Assembly (NCBI RefSeq): GCF_006345805.1
Contig: NC_043000.1
Coordinates: forward strand, 75,950,001-76,014,000
Length of the DNA: 64,000 nt
Direction: 5' to 3'
Source of the DNA: Octopus sinensis
Taxonomy: Eukaryota
Shown: positions 24,860-38,694 of the stretch, piece after piece
Numbering within the stretch: the stretch's first letter is position 1
Layout of the letters: every line of letters begins with the position of its first letter
Made by a program: the position numbers and the translations under genes
Notes under the pieces: generated by a model
The model's database searches: none
Told to the model about the DNA's origin: nothing
Seen by the model: the letters and a program-made list of their open reading frames with translations, nothing else

Positions 24860-26160
24860 TTTCAGTAGTAGAACTCTGGCCATGCTGAAGAACGAGTTAA
24901 TGTATTTTCTTCCAGTTTTGTTGTCGCTTTATGACTGGAATTTGGTCTATGATTGAGTTTGTAGCAGCTAATCTTCCCTGAGTACATCCGTGAATGGTTG
25001 GCTGGTCTGGTATCGTCGTTAGAATGTTTTTGAATGTTTCAATAGAGGTCCCTTTTATATTTCTGATATCTTTAGGCGGACAGTTTGTTAAGACGTGGGT
25101 ATACACGTCTGGTGTAAAATGGTATTATACAAATAAATAGTTGGTTGTGGTTATCTAAAAGTAACCCATCGCAGAAATATATGTTAACACAGAACGCACT
25201 CCGTACTACTCGAACGTATGTACTATACTCCGTATTCACTGTTCAACTATCGACTCTTAAACCAACACAATCGAACTAACACAGTAGACCAACACAGTCG
25301 AACTAACACCGTGAACTACTCTACCCCCTTCCACTGACAGTTCATTCAGTTCTTATTCATTGTAATCGGTTAGTCAGGTGGGGGTGTTCAGGATTCTTCC
25401 ATAAGAGTTGAACGACTGAGGACCTCTAAATATCAGATTTGTACAATAGAGTGTTTTCGAAGGTGGAATATTTGGAAGTTGACAGTATCTACCAGTTTGT
25501 GGATTAATATTTTCTTTAATGCCGAAGTTTGGAATATGCCCCTCCTGGATCTTCCATACGTACATGTTAGTATATCTCTCTTCGGTGTTCAAAAGAGTAG
25601 GGACGAAGAGCTTTCAGACATTCCCGTAATTAAGGCTTTTTACTGGCGAATGCTCATTGTAACCGTTTAATTTCTTCTGGGAGACCGGGTGAGTTTAGAG
25701 ACCAAAGCTGGTAATGTAAAACCCGAAATTTTTATGTAATAAATTTCATTTTGTTTTTTTCTACCCATTGATAAATGAGGTTTAGCTCATTTTGGATTAT
25801 GACGGCATCTTCTAGAGTTTGGATAGCTATTGATACTTTTGTGTAATCGGCGTAACTAGTTAATGCACTTCTGAACTTATATCTTTTAGGGTGATGATAA
25901 ATAATAATGGTCTTAGAACCGTTCCCAGAGGTATACCACTTATTACAGATAAATTTGTAGAGAGAAAAGCGTTTTCAACAACATATTGAAATCAAAGAGC
26001 CATTCTCTGAGTTTTCCTATAATACGAAGATCCCCTATTCTTATGACATGATTTCATGACCACTCTTATCAAATTCTTAAGCAGAACCAAGATACATGCA
26101 GTCAGTGTCCTATCATCTCAAGAAATTATTGTAGATAGTGTTATGGTGCTGCAATAGCTG
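24860..26160 (-). mobile_element. Older CR1-like LINE 3' fragment (RT core to tail) interrupted by an insertion of about 300 bp
   Basis: Degenerate SAKEFDKSGHEI, SGIPLGTVLRPLLFII, TSYADYTKV, YVWKIQEGHIPN, RGPQSFNS, PKDIRNI, AATNSIIDQ. Unrelated sequence at about 25085-25395 splits FNS from PKDIRN. Confidence 0.75.
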
Positions 26161-26174
26161 TGTGAGGTAACTTC

Positions 26175-26211
<37 letters not shown>

Positions 26212-26263
26212 ATATATATATATATATAAAGCAAATAAAAGGGCTAGCAGCAGGCTGCTTCGC

Positions 26264-26373
<110 letters not shown>

Positions 26374-26529
26374 CTTTGTATAGTTTTAGACTTCTTATTG
26401 CAATAATTTCATAACCTTTTTTTCAATCTTAACTAAATTTGATCATGTTATGGGGGACTAAATGGGTAAACAGATATATGACATAAAAATAAGTTGCAGT
26501 CAATATTTGATTACTTTTTTAAAATATAA

Positions 26530-28200
26530 TTGTCGCTGTTCAAAGTAACTCCTGATTTGGGGTTACGTTGAACAGTAATGTCTTTTTATTAACAAATACA
26601 AAAGAAAAGTCAACGAACAGCTTTAAGTGTTATAACACTAAAGAATATGTCACACAGTTATCAGTAAGTCACATTTTATATTTCCCTTTCTTATTTAAGG
26701 TCAAGGAATTGATAGAAACCCCTGTTGTTCAGTGGAATATCTTGTTTTCATTTCTACTACATCTTCCCAGTCGTAGACGAGTTAATCCTCCTTCAGTGGC
26801 CACCTCCTGCCTCTCTTTTTACATTTTGTCAGTTATGACATAAGTGCTCCATCACTTCCAGTTGTGATCACTTGATCGAGAAATGTTTGCCCTTCATACC
26901 TCACAATGACAAAGTTTCCAACAAAACTATTTTGTCTTTCTGTGTTTTCTGTTCTTGCCATGTCTGAAGTATTGGAGTGCCTGTCACATTCATTCATAGA
27001 AACATCACTATGCACAGAGTTTAGCTCTTCATCATGAAAATTCTCTTGCTGCTCTCTTTCTCCATGCTTCTATATAACTGTTGATGAACTGGTGGCCAAC
27101 ATTTCACTACCAGAAGCACTGATGTCCTCAGCACTTATACGTTTGCCAGAAGTAACGTTCAACTTCTTTCGTCTCTTCTTTGGCCTGCTCTCATTGACTT
27201 TAGTATTCCCAACACAACATCCGAAACTCATACATTGATGACTTCATCGTCCTCTTTGCTCACTTCATGGTCTCGTAGCTGAACCAAAATTTGTCTGGAT
27301 GAAAAGGGTGAATTCTACATTTCATGAACTCACTTTCCAGATTCTTGCTGTGAGTGACACAGTCAGGAAAGAGAGCAGCATGCAGCTGTGTGAGCAGAAA
27401 AGCATCTTTAGTTAAGGTCTTTGAGTTCTTCCTGCCATAAGCCTTTTAATCGTCTAAGATTTTTCTCCAACCCATTGAATGCCACGTCAAGTGGTTAAAG
27501 CATATATGTGGAATTGGGTGGTAGCAGCTTGCTTATTGCCGGAAACAGTGATCGGGGTTACTTTGAACGACGTTCAAAGTAACCCCGCTGGATAATCAAA
27601 GGGGGGATATGTCATGTTATACAAGTTTTTACAAAGATACCAAAGTTATAAAAACACTTTAATAGAAAATTATTAACTAGTTATATTAACCTCATATATT
27701 AACACTTTAATAGAATATTATTAACTAGTTATATTAACCTCATATATTAACACTTTAATAGAATATTATTAACTAGTTATATTAACCTCATATTAACACT
27801 TTAATAGAATATTATTAACTAGTTATATTAACCTCATATATTAACACTTTAATAGAAAATTGTTTACTAGTTATATTAACATCATATTTTAACAAAAGCT
27901 TATGTCTTTTATGCAAGAAGTGCTTTAGCTATTTACAAAAGTATTCATATCTTTCAAAAATGTTTGTTCTGCTGGAACTTGAAGAAGTTGACAAATTCTT
28001 TCTTTGAGTGGATAATCAAAGTTATATTGACAAATTTTATTTTATGTTTTGAAATTATACATTCATAGAAATATAATTCTAAAGTTTTTACAACACATTT
28101 AAACAATTCCGTAAGAAATTTTAGTAACAAGCAATAAGCGGAAACAAAATATTATATTTTGTTCAAAGTTGCCCCGGTGTTCAAACCCCATTTCACGGTG
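26530..28200 (-). mobile_element. pogo/Tigger-like (DDE_1, CENP-B type) transposon relic
   Basis: LPPNSTYML*PLDVAF...NLESEFMKCRIHPFHPD and NFVIVRYEGQTF; repeated subterminal ggggt(t/a)actttgaac motifs (26540-26575, 27575-27590, 28160-28180); end ccccatttcacggtg|ta. Confidence 0.65.
27653..27890. repeat. 48-bp minisatellite, 5 copies
   Basis: Unit aacactttaatagaatattattaactagttatattaacctcatatatt starts at 27653, 27701, 27749, 27795 and 27843. Confidence 0.92.
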
Positions 28201-28872
28201 TATATATATATATATATACAAGAGTTAAAGAATGGAGTAGATAATATCCGGGCTACATATGTTTCATAGTGAGCGGAATCTCGGAAGTGGTAAATATCCG
28301 AGCTAGGTGTATACCATAGGCTTCTCTTCAGGCCAGGGTATCGTGATTAAATATGTAAAGAGTACGGTTAGAATGGAAAATATATTGCGAAGAGAAAATT
28401 AGGAGTGTAAAAATGAAAGGAATATAGAAAAGAGAAAAAGAATAAAGACATTAGGGAGTGGGAGAGTGGTAAGGAATTTAAGCAAGGTAATTTCGCAGGT
28501 GGTTTTCAATAGGGCCATTCATAGAGATACGCAAGGGGAGTGGTATTTCAAAGGAAATTGTGGAGGGACGAGTGGAAGGAAGCATTTGTGGTCAAGAGGG
28601 AGAAAATACATGCTTGAAGTGATGGTGTAATAGTAAAAATTGAAAGTCTAAAGGAAATGAGAAAGAATACTACAATCTAAGAATTAAGGAATGTATATCG
28701 TTGTGCATGCGGGTATACTGTATGAAATGGTAGAGGTGAATGTAGGCGTAGGTACTACAAAGGTGGGATGGGGAAGAGTGTGGGGGCTGGCGGAAAAGAG
28801 AAATTAAATGGTATAAATAGTAAGAAAGGATAAAGATAGATATAAGTAAGAAATAAGGGGTTATAGTGAATA

Positions 28873-29763
28873 GGATCTTTTCAATTCTGAAGCCAGGACC
28901 ACAGATCTTTCTACTTAACTAAATAATCTGAAACTTCGTATGCTGATAGAGTCTAGCAAAACAAGACACAGGTTGGAACTAGTTTATTTGAGAAAAATCT
29001 ATTTTATGACTTTAATCGTAGATTAAAACTGCGAATTTTAACCAATCAGATTGTTTGTTTTCATGTGTAAAACTTGACTGCATTCTATTAGTGTGACGTA
29101 GAAAGCGCTTTTGTGACGTACTAACGTTCGTTTGAAAACTGTAAACAAACACAGAACGTAACGGCAGACGAAATACGGCTACGCATTTCGCCCGGCGTGC
29201 TAACGTTTCTGCCAGCTCTTTGCTTTTTTAATATTAAATTTCTTGCCTTTTGCACAAATAAATACAATAAGTGAAATGAAACGCATTAGCTTAGAAACGA
29301 AATCTTGTTAGAAGCCTCGTCACTGAGATGCCACTTCTTAATAGCAAACGAAAGCAAGTACTAACAGAATGGAAACATTTTCAATTTAATACATGTGGCT
29401 TATTAACTAGTTTTAAATATTGCTATTAGAAGGTGGCTGACTATAGGATCCTGGAAACATGAGTACGTTAAATAATTAGAAGGAGATTTCACGGAGACAT
29501 GCGGTCTGTTTACATTTAGGATGTTTAATACGTCACCAAATTGGTGGTCGAGACGGAGTAAATAAAATAAAGCCGAATGACGGAATATCATTGGTTAAAA
29601 TTCTAATTATTAAACAACGTTAAACTTAGAAGTTACAATTCCGTTTTCATTCTGGTTTACAATTAAGTTTACTTTTGACACATTCTACCAGTATACGAAG
29701 TTTCAAATTGTTTGGTTCAGTAGGAAAAATTTGAAAAAACTGGCTTCAGAATTGAAAAGATCC
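28873..29763. mobile_element. Non-autonomous DNA transposon, Merlin-like, copy 2 (opposite orientation to copy 1)
   Basis: Perfect 24-bp TIR GGATCTTTTCAATTCTGAAGCCAG; 9-bp TSD TAGTGAATA; arms match those of 10148-11448. Confidence 0.85.
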
Positions 29764-30821
29764 TAGTGAATATAATGGGAATTGATGGTCTAATATTTAG
29801 TGGTTGTGAGGGTAAATTAGGAGGAATGTCTGTGATGGCGGGGAGAGTGGATTTAGGAAATGATGTGGAGGCGGAGTTCTCTGTATTTTGAGAATAGGTA
29901 GCATAATCGATGTTTGCATGTAAAAATTATACTGTCACGTTCATTAAGACAATCCGTGGATTGCGTAATAGCTAAGACTTCGGCTATGCAGAGATCGTAC
30001 TTGTTATTATAGCCGGAGTTTGGCTTAACGAGGGGGACTGTGGACCACTTAAGAATTCTTGAGTTTATGATGAGTCTGAGATAAAGATGTACTGTCGGAT
30101 TTTGTTTGGGATTTGGAGCTGGAGTAGTGGTTGTCCACTCTAGCTTTGAAGGTGGTGCTGTACGAGCCGATATATATGTAGTTGCGGTTAACAGCTAATA
30201 CTATGCACTTGTAAACGATCTTTTAGTAAGACAACGATCATCTAATGGGCAGGAGCTTGGGCGCCTGCAGCTGCGTAGATTCATGGGTGGTGTTCTGGAT
30301 GAATTTGTTGGGTAATTGTTATTTAGTGAAGGACCAGAGTTAAGTTCATTATTAGTGGTTGCGTTAAATGGCATTTATTAGAGAGTTGAAGGAGGCGTTA
30401 AGGGGTTGTGTATTATGATAGTTTTCATGTCCGCTGTTATTGTTTATATCAAAGGTTCTCAACGGAGGCCATTTGGAGCTTGAGGGGAAGTTTTGGAGCA
30501 AAGGGGCACTAGCAGGGGGACGTTAAGAGACTGGGAGGGAACTATGGGACACTGGAAGACCCTCGTCTTTGGTAAGTTTAATTTGAAATTAACGAGTAGT
30601 AGCCACATTTTCCCATCTCTGCGACAGTCAGTTTAAAAACCATGTCTTATTGTTTCAAATTTAAAAAAAACTTTTTCCACTTTGGACGACACCAAGCAAA
30701 TCCTGGTACCATGTGTAACTGGTATCACTAAAGTGAAACAGCCAAAACAGAAACAAAAACTAAAAACAGATAGTGACACGATTAAAAGAAAGAAAAGTAA
30801 TGAATAAAAGCGAAAAGCTGA

Positions 30822-30864
<43 letters not shown>

Positions 30865-31564
30865 TGTGCAAATATATAAGGAATAGGGGTCAGAATTTTG
30901 GATCACACTGGCTTTTGGGAGTGGCTGATAGGTATGCATTTGTGTATGTGTGCGTATGTATGGGTATGTTTGTATGTATATGATTGCGTGTGTTGCCGTT
31001 TTGAATTCTTTTCTGCGATCGAATTTAAATTGACCCCTCGCTATTAAAGACCCAATCACATACACACACACATTTGTTTTAGGTTCTGAACCCACATGAA
31101 TTGCGGCTATACACCAAATAACGTGGTAAATCTTATGTTCTGAAATTTATATTTTGAATTTGTTTGAATTATAAAATTCACCCCAGCTAAAAATACATCT
31201 TCTGGTTTTGGAAAACAGAACCATTTCTTTCTCTTTCTATATGTTTTTGTTCATTAGAATTTCTCTGTTTTGGTCATGATTTTCCAATTTCCTGTATCAA
31301 GCAATGGACAGAAGCGTTAAAAAAAATTAAATTCATAGAGCCGAACAAAATGAAAAATATAAATTTTAATCGTATTGATGGAGAGGAGTAAACATTTCCC
31401 CTTTCCTTAATACTAATAAGATCATAATATGAGGGGGATTTGGTTGTTATTTCTAGCAAATCGAACAACAACACACAGAGTACCTCATTAGCTCATTTGT
31501 TGATGTGTATAAGTTAACAAAGACTAAAGGAAAAAACAGACTCTAGCAAACACACACACGTATA

Positions 31565-31614
<50 letters not shown>

Positions 31615-32159
31615 ATATATAATATATATATATATATATGAATTAGCAGAATTATGATATTAGCACGTGCTAAAACACCTCATAACTTTTGTATTTTTAC
31701 GAATATTTACAATTTTTTTCGATTCTGTCTTCTACATAATGGAATTTATATGATTGTGCAAAAAGAAAAAAAAAGTAAAAAGAAAAATCTCTTACCCGCC
31801 CAATTTTTTTTAAATTCGTGATTTTAAAATACGTTTCTCTTTATAATTTCCAAATACTTTTATGGAAGAAAGTCAATTGACGGTCTTCACACTTTTTCAC
31901 ATAATCTTGGACTTTATATGTGAAATGCCAGTGACATGCTGCATGTCCATCAGCAATATTAGCAGACAGACAGTCGTGCAGTGGTACGACATATAGTCCA
32001 AGTAGACGAAAGCCTTCTTTTTAAGAGGAAAAATGAAGTTGGAAGAGTGGTGAAGTTTTGGATACTTGTGATTGTCGTAACCGACAGTGTGTCAGTTTGT
32101 TTTATGTGTGTATGGGCATGTACAAATATATAATTAAAACAGTACGTATACACCCACGT

Positions 32160-32194
<35 letters not shown>

Positions 32195-32289
32195 ATAATT
32201 ATTATTTGAGGGAATAAAATCCAAACTTACAAGGAAAAAAATTCAATTTAGAAATACTAAATCAAATTTCACACAATATAATATATATA

Positions 32290-32577
32290 TAAAAAATTAG
32301 AAAAAATCCACCTTTTATCAATTCAAAATGAACAATTAAATTACACCATCTAGAAAATTACATATAATAGAAAAATTAAAATTAAAATAACAATAAAATG
32401 TCAAAGTAATAATAAAAACGTATATAATATACGTTTTTATTATTACTTTTTGCAATTTACTTAATCTTTGACATTTTATTGTTATTTTAATTTTTATTTT
32501 TCTATTATATGTAATTTTCTAGATGGTGTAATTTAATTGTTTATTTTGAATTGATAAAAGATGGATTTTTTTCTAAT

Positions 32578-32580
<3 letters not shown>
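32290..32580. repeat. AT-rich fold-back repeat; related copy at 63333-63632
   Basis: attagaaaaaatccaccttttatcaattcaaaat ... attttgaattgataaaagatggatttttttctaat; same arm sequence and TA flanks as the 63.3-63.6 kb palindrome. Confidence 0.75.
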
Positions 32581-32625
<45 letters not shown>

Positions 32626-32630
<5 letters not shown>

Positions 32631-33205
32631 TGTACATTTATACACTTAAGAGATGGCCATAATAGGACATCTGACTCGCTAGAAAGAATAGTTAAAGTTG
32701 TAATTCTGAAAGGGAATGAAAAATAAAAACATTTACCCTATTTTTCCATAGTTTCAAGCAATCTTTTGTGAATAAAATAAAATAATTTTAATTTACAATT
32801 GGCGTTGCCCTCTTCAGCAGGAAGCCAAGGTTAACATATAGATACGAGGCGATAAAGAACATGCCTCGTGTTTATATGTTATAATTTTTCAAAATCCACC
32901 GCGCACGCGCGGTTTTTTTCGGCAGAAAATACAAGTGCCGATTTTCTTTCAAAACTAGCCCCAAAAAACTTTTATCGTTAATTAATAAATCTTAGGGTAG
33001 CAAAAGAATTTTTAGAAAAATTCCTTGCTACCAGTGGTCTAGCGAGAAGGAAAAATTAGTCAATAGACTATATATTATTCATATAAAAATACAGTGTACA
33101 TTTAAACACATAAGAGATGGCCATAATAGGACATAAGAGTAGTTAAACTACAAATAGTTGTAATTCTGAAAGGGAATGAAAAATAAAAACATTTACCCTA
33201 TTTTT
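32626..33205. repeat. Direct repeat pair of about 115 bp (32626-32745 and 33090-33205) just upstream of a Penelope-like RT
   Basis: tacagtgtacattta.acac.taagagatggccataataggacat ... ttgtaattctgaaagggaatgaaaataaaaacatttaccctattttt occurs twice. Confidence 0.75.
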
Positions 33206-33539
33206 CGACTAAAGGCGGTGCCCCAGCATGACCGCAATCAAACGACTAAACAAGTAAAAGAGTAAATTTATATACTTATTACTTATCTAAAATATTAATT
33301 TATTATAAGGTTTCTATGGAGATTGATCAAATGGATTTAACTGGTATTTGATTAGGGCAACTGAGGTTAAAGAACATGTCAACTATATACTGATTTGATT
33401 AAAGTTGAAACTAATTTTAGGTTGTGGAGATACCAGTATTAACTTATATAAGCTGAGTATGAACTAATAGGAGTACTCAACGCTAAATATAAAATAACAT
33501 CAGAAAAGAATCTATTAGATATCAGTTTGAAAATCAAGG

Positions 33540-34560
33540 AAGTTATGATGGAATACGACTTAGCAGACCGAATAGAACCACTAACACCAAGTAAACCTAG
33601 GATTAACGAAGGACCACAAGAAGAACTTCCAGGATAACCCTACTGTAAGACTAATATGCCCGACTAAGTCGGATATTGGTCGGCTTAGCAAATCTATTCT
33701 TGACAATATTCTACTCCTTATAATTCCCACCCTAACTCTAAAATTATGGATTGATACAAAAGAGGTATCAATGAATATTGGTTCAAATCCATTGATAACT
33801 TAAGTAATTATTCTTTTATCCAATTTGACATAAATAGTTATTATTCAATAAGTCTCTAATTTTTGCTAAAGATCTCTCTCTCTCTCTCTCTCATAACTAG
33901 GGATAAAATTGATATAATTCTGTTAGCTAGAAGAACTATTATTGAATTTTAAGGCAAACTTTGGACTAGGGCTGATACCCCAGAAAACTTTGATATACCT
34001 ATGGGTTTCCAGCGACTCGGCTGAAGTCACAAATCTAGTGGGTGCGTATCTTTTAAAGTGCCTAAATAACGAAATCCCCGAATTACAGGGATATCTATAT
34101 AGGGATGATGCTTTATTCATCATCCCTAGCAACAATAAATTAATCATAGAAAGAATGCGAAAGAGAATTAGAAAATCTTTCAAAATCTTTAACTTAAGTA
34201 TTGCGTATGAATTTGACACTAAAGTAGTTAATTTTTCAGATACTCCTTTAAACATTAACTCTAAATTATACTACCCCTATAGGAAAGAGGGTGAGGTTAC
34301 AAGATATGTGAATAAATTATCAAATCACCCCACAAATATATTAAAATCAGTAGTTAAAAGTATTTCTAGGAGAATTACTAAATTATCATCAAACATTGAT
34401 ATTTTTAATTCCCATTCATACCACTATAATGTTACCTTGTCTAAAGCGGGATATGACCAAGGAATTACTTTTCTCAGTCCTGAAAGTTCAGCACCTTTTA
34501 ATAGAGAGAAAAAATGTTAGTTTAACTAATAGAAAGTCTACTAACTTACTTAGTTGTGAA
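33540..34560 (+). mobile_element. Penelope-like element RT relic, copy 1
   Basis: KDHKKNFQDNPTVRLICPTKSDIGRLSKSILD; IQFDINSYY; SDSAEVTNLVGAYLL; YRDDAL; KVVNFSD; YPYRK...YVNKLSNHP...ISRRI. Confidence 0.85.
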
Positions 34561-35343
34561 AAAATACAAATTGAAAACCTATCCTACAAACCTAACATTT
34601 TAAATAATAAAAACGGAGTAGGCTCCGACAGTAGACAGGATACTAAAACGAGCAAAAACTTAGGTTAAATAAAATAGGTGACGATGAAAAAGAAATGGTT
34701 ACTCCTCCAGAAAAGGAATCTTTGCTGTCAAATTATGAATTAATCCCAACAAAATGCACACTTTTTTCTCCACTAAATATTTTCAGCTTTACATCAGCGT
34801 TTTAGAAACTAAAATCTTTTGCGCCCACACTCGCTTGACTTCCATTTTCGTGAGAGGTGAGAGAAAGAGAGAATAAAAGTTTTCTCTCTACATAGGAGCG
34901 ATTTAAAATTAATATACCTTTGTGTGTGTGAGGGTGGGTGGGTGTTGGGGCTTAGAGAGAGAGAATAAAAGTTGCATATTTACCGCTGAACTTTTTCAAA
35001 ATTAAAATTTTTTTTCCAATGTACGTAGGAAAATACGGAGATTAAGAATATGGAAAAAGAAATTTTTTTCATTTCAAATTTTATATGAAAAACTCCAAAC
35101 TGTCTGAAACTGTAAATGTTGAAATACTAAAAATAACAGCCAAATGCCTGGAGAATTTTTGTGTTTGTGTGTGTGTGCGCCACAATTTCAATGACTTATA
35201 CGAATAAAAGTACACAGAAATATGTTTTACATACCTCTCATATACGTCGATTCTTGTCTTTTCGCATCCATGAAGTTTTTGAGGATGACGGAAAAGCTTT
35301 TCGATACACCCACTAAAATCACGAGATTTTGGGGATGGGGATA

Positions 35344-35476
35344 ATGCAGATTCGCACATCCCCTTCAAAAATGCATTTTTCTGAAAAAGTTTATTGCGAC
35401 ATGTGTAAAATCTAGGAATCCAAATAACCTTTTTCAGAAATAAATGCATTTTTCAAGGGGAGGTGCGAATCTACAT
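35344..35476. repeat. Imperfect palindrome of about 130 bp
   Basis: atgcagattcgcacatccccttcaaaaatgcatttt ... aatgcatttttcaaggggaggtgcgaatctacat. Confidence 0.7.
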
Positions 35477-35559
35477 AGGTCCCTGGAATTGTGCTTATGT
35501 AGTCGAAAGATGCGGCTGGTCTGAGAGGGTACATGTAATTGGGCTGCCTCTCGAAAAAA

Positions 35560-36470
35560 TTTGTGGAGTAAGAGTGGTTTATTTTTCTCCGAGGAGATAA
35601 ATAAATATCTGGCCAGGTATTGATGCAAATATTTCGACCGAATACCTAGCCTTCTTATCCACTCTTTTATGTCCCTCTACAAACGTTCAATGTTTTGGGT
35701 GGGTATGTGTGTATGTTTGATCTATAAAATTTTCAGAATGGTTTACCACGTAATGTTGATAACCCAAACTGCTTAGATCATTGTAGGCAGTCCAAGAATC
35801 ACTATAAATAACTGAGTCGGGTTTGATATATGACTGGATCAAAGGAACCAGTGTCGCTTTGTCACGCTTCTTGTTAACAAGTGGCACAACAAAACGACGC
35901 TTACTGATTCGCTCTGTTCCACCAAACAACCAAACTTGGCTCAGAATTCGACCCCTCCCGTATTTCCGGCGGACAATTAAAGTTTTATCAACTTCAACTT
36001 TAATTGAATCGCCGCCTATAAGTTCCTGTGAGTGAAGCCATTTTTCTGTGACTTCGGAACAAAAAGATCTGCAATCCACAGTAGTTGTTGAATACAATTC
36101 CAGGTTTTCCATCACTGTGATATGGCTTCAAGAACGATGAAGAAATTCGTTAATTAAAGAGAACGATTTTCCACGGAGGAATGTGTGCATGATGAAGAAA
36201 GGACCCATGAAAGTCCGATACAGAATAGCCACACTGGCGTAGATTTTTCGATTTGGTGACAGTGTAACTTTTTCTGCATTGCCAGACACGTTGGTCCTTT
36301 CTATGCACACATTCACTCCGACATCGTAGACATATCACAGTGGTGGGCAGGACACCATAGTTCCGAAAGAATTCAATAGTTTTTCCGTCATCCTCAAAAA
36401 ATTCACGGATGCTAGTACAGTTTGAACAATACAGCTCTGCAAATGCTTTAATATTTTTATGATTCGGATC
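35560..36470 (-). mobile_element. Merlin (IS1595/ISXO2-type DDE) transposase relic
   Basis: IGGDSIKVEVDKTLIVRRKYGRGR...WLFGGTER...RDKATLVPLIQSYIKPDSVIYSDSWTAYNDL..LGYQHYVVNHSENF, then TQNIERL*RDIKEW...YLARYLF. N-terminal zinc ribbon GVLP...CLRC...WQC...C..SVS...GSF. Confidence 0.9.
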
Positions 36471-37856
36471 CTCCCTCTCTCCTCTCTCTCCCCTCTCTCT
36501 CCCCCTCTCTCCTCTCTCTCTCCCATCTCTTTCTTCTCTCTCTTTCCTATCTCTCTCCCCCTCTCTCCCCCTCTCTCTCTCACACACACCATATTTCTTA
36601 AACACAAGGTATAGTCTATTACATGGAAAAAATGCGAGCAAGAGAAATGATATTCTCAAGATTATAGACCTGAAAAAGTACAGGACAAGTTATTACAAAA
36701 TTAGTTGTATATTATAGTAAAATCTACCTAAAAATTTACAGTAAAATTTGGTTGAGTTTACAGTAAAATTTCGTTGAGTTATTGCCTAAGTTATTGCCAA
36801 GTCTTCACATTTTTCGATTTGGTGACAGTGTAACTTTTTCTGCATCGCCAGACACGTTGGTCCTTTCTATGCACACATTCACTCCGACATCGTAGACATA
36901 TCACAGTGGTGGGCAGGACACCATAGTTCCGAAAGAATTCAATAGTTTTTCCGTCATCCTCAAAAAATTCACGGATGCTAGTACAGTTTGAACAATACAG
37001 CTCTGCAAATGCTTTTATATTTTTATGATTCTGATCCTCCTTCTCTCCTCTCTCTCCCTCTCTCTCCCCCTCTCTCCTCTCTCTCTCCCATATCTTTCCT
37101 CTCTCTCTTTCCTATCTCTCTCCCCCTCTCTCCCCTCTCTCCCCTCTCTCCCCCCTCTCCCCCTCTCTCTCTCACACACACCATATTTCTTAAACACAAG
37201 GTATAGTCTATTACATGGAAAAAATGCGAGCAAGAGAAATGATATTCTCAAGATTATAGACCTGAAAAAGTACAGGACAAGTTATTACAAAATTAGTTGT
37301 ATATTATAGTAAAATCTACCTAAAAATTTACAGTAAAATTTGGTTGAGTTTACAGTAAAATTTCGTTGAGTTATTGCCTAAGTTATTGCCAAGTCTTCAC
37401 ATTTTTCGATTTGGTGACAGTGTAACTTTTTCTGCATCGCCAGACACGTTGGTCCTTCTATGCACACATTCACTCCGACATCGTAGACATATCACAGTGG
37501 TGGGCAGGACACCATAGTTCCGAAAGAATTCAATAGTTTTTCCGTCATCCTCAAAAAATTCACGGATGCTAGTACAGTTTGAACAATACAGCTCTGCAAA
37601 TGCTTTTATATTTTTATGATTCTGATCCTCCTTCTCTCCTCTCTCTCCCTCTCTCTCCCCCTCTCTCCTCTCTCTCTCCCATATCTTTCCTCTCTCTCTT
37701 TCCTATCTCTCTCCCCCTCTCTCCCCCTCTCTCCCCCTCTCTCCTCTCTCTCTCACACACACCATATTTCTTAAACACAAGGTATAGTCTATTATATGGA
37801 AAAAATGCGAGCAAGAGAAATAATATTCTCAAGATTATAGACCTGAAAAAGTACAG
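36243..37856. repeat. Tandem triplication (about 570-590 bp unit) of the Merlin transposase 5' region
   Basis: atttttcgatttggtgacagtgtaactttttctgc restarts at 36243, 36809 and 37401; each unit contains a CT microsatellite; third unit is partial. Confidence 0.92.
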
Positions 37857-38662
37857 TGCCTATTTTTTACATAATGAACTTGCCTACTATTCTACTTTGC
37901 ATAAAACTTTAGCTATATTGGTACTTCTGGCTCTCATTTTAAAAGTATTCTAGTGTATCAATATTTTAACAAAATGATGGTACCTTGCATACATGTTACT
38001 TTGTAAATTAAAATCAAATAATTTTTAATATTCAAATTTTATCCTTAGCTGCAATATTTTAACTAAATATTTTCTTGTTCAGTACTTTACAAGATGTAGT
38101 AACTTGTCCTGAACTTTTCCAAGTGTAATAGTTTGTCCTGTACTTTTCCAGGTTTATAATCTTAAGAATATTATTTCTCTTGCTCGCATTTTCCCATGTA
38201 ATCCATGTTTTTTTCCAGACTCTGCTATTATGCTAATTAATAATGTGTCAATAATTTAAGATTTTATTTACTGAAAATTGAATAATAAATTAAAGTGTAT
38301 GTTGTGTGTGTATGTATGTGTGTTGTTGTTGTTGTTCTATGTGTGTTGTTGTTGTTGTTCTATGTGTGCGTGTGTGAGGGAGAGAGGAGAGTGACAGCGT
38401 ATATTTTAAAATTTATTTTTCCTCGCATCTTTTTTGAGTGTGTGAGTGATTGACTGAGAGAGAGAGGTGTTGTCATGTATGTGTAAAATGGCTAGAGTCA
38501 GTCACACATGCACACAAACACATACGCACACCCATTATCTATCGCATACACGTACGTGAATAAATACATATGCATACATGTTTTTCATGTGTGCGTGTGA
38601 GAAAGAGAGAAAAGTCAGTCACTGAGTGAAGGTATGTGTTCTCATGACAATTTTTTTACATG

Positions 38663-38694
<32 letters not shown>

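Noticed and set aside
27653-27890. Regular 48-bp repeats as a CRISPR array
   Set aside because: Head-to-tail tandem units with no unique spacers, no cas genes, eukaryotic context.
28230-30430. Possible LINE endonuclease relic around TIR copy 2
   Set aside because: Only a weak AEVLAITQS-like motif; too degenerate to call.
35687-36115. ISXO2 domain as bacterial IS1595 contamination or recent horizontal transfer
   Set aside because: Embedded in host microsatellites and decayed; the eukaryotic Merlin superfamily already explains this domain.
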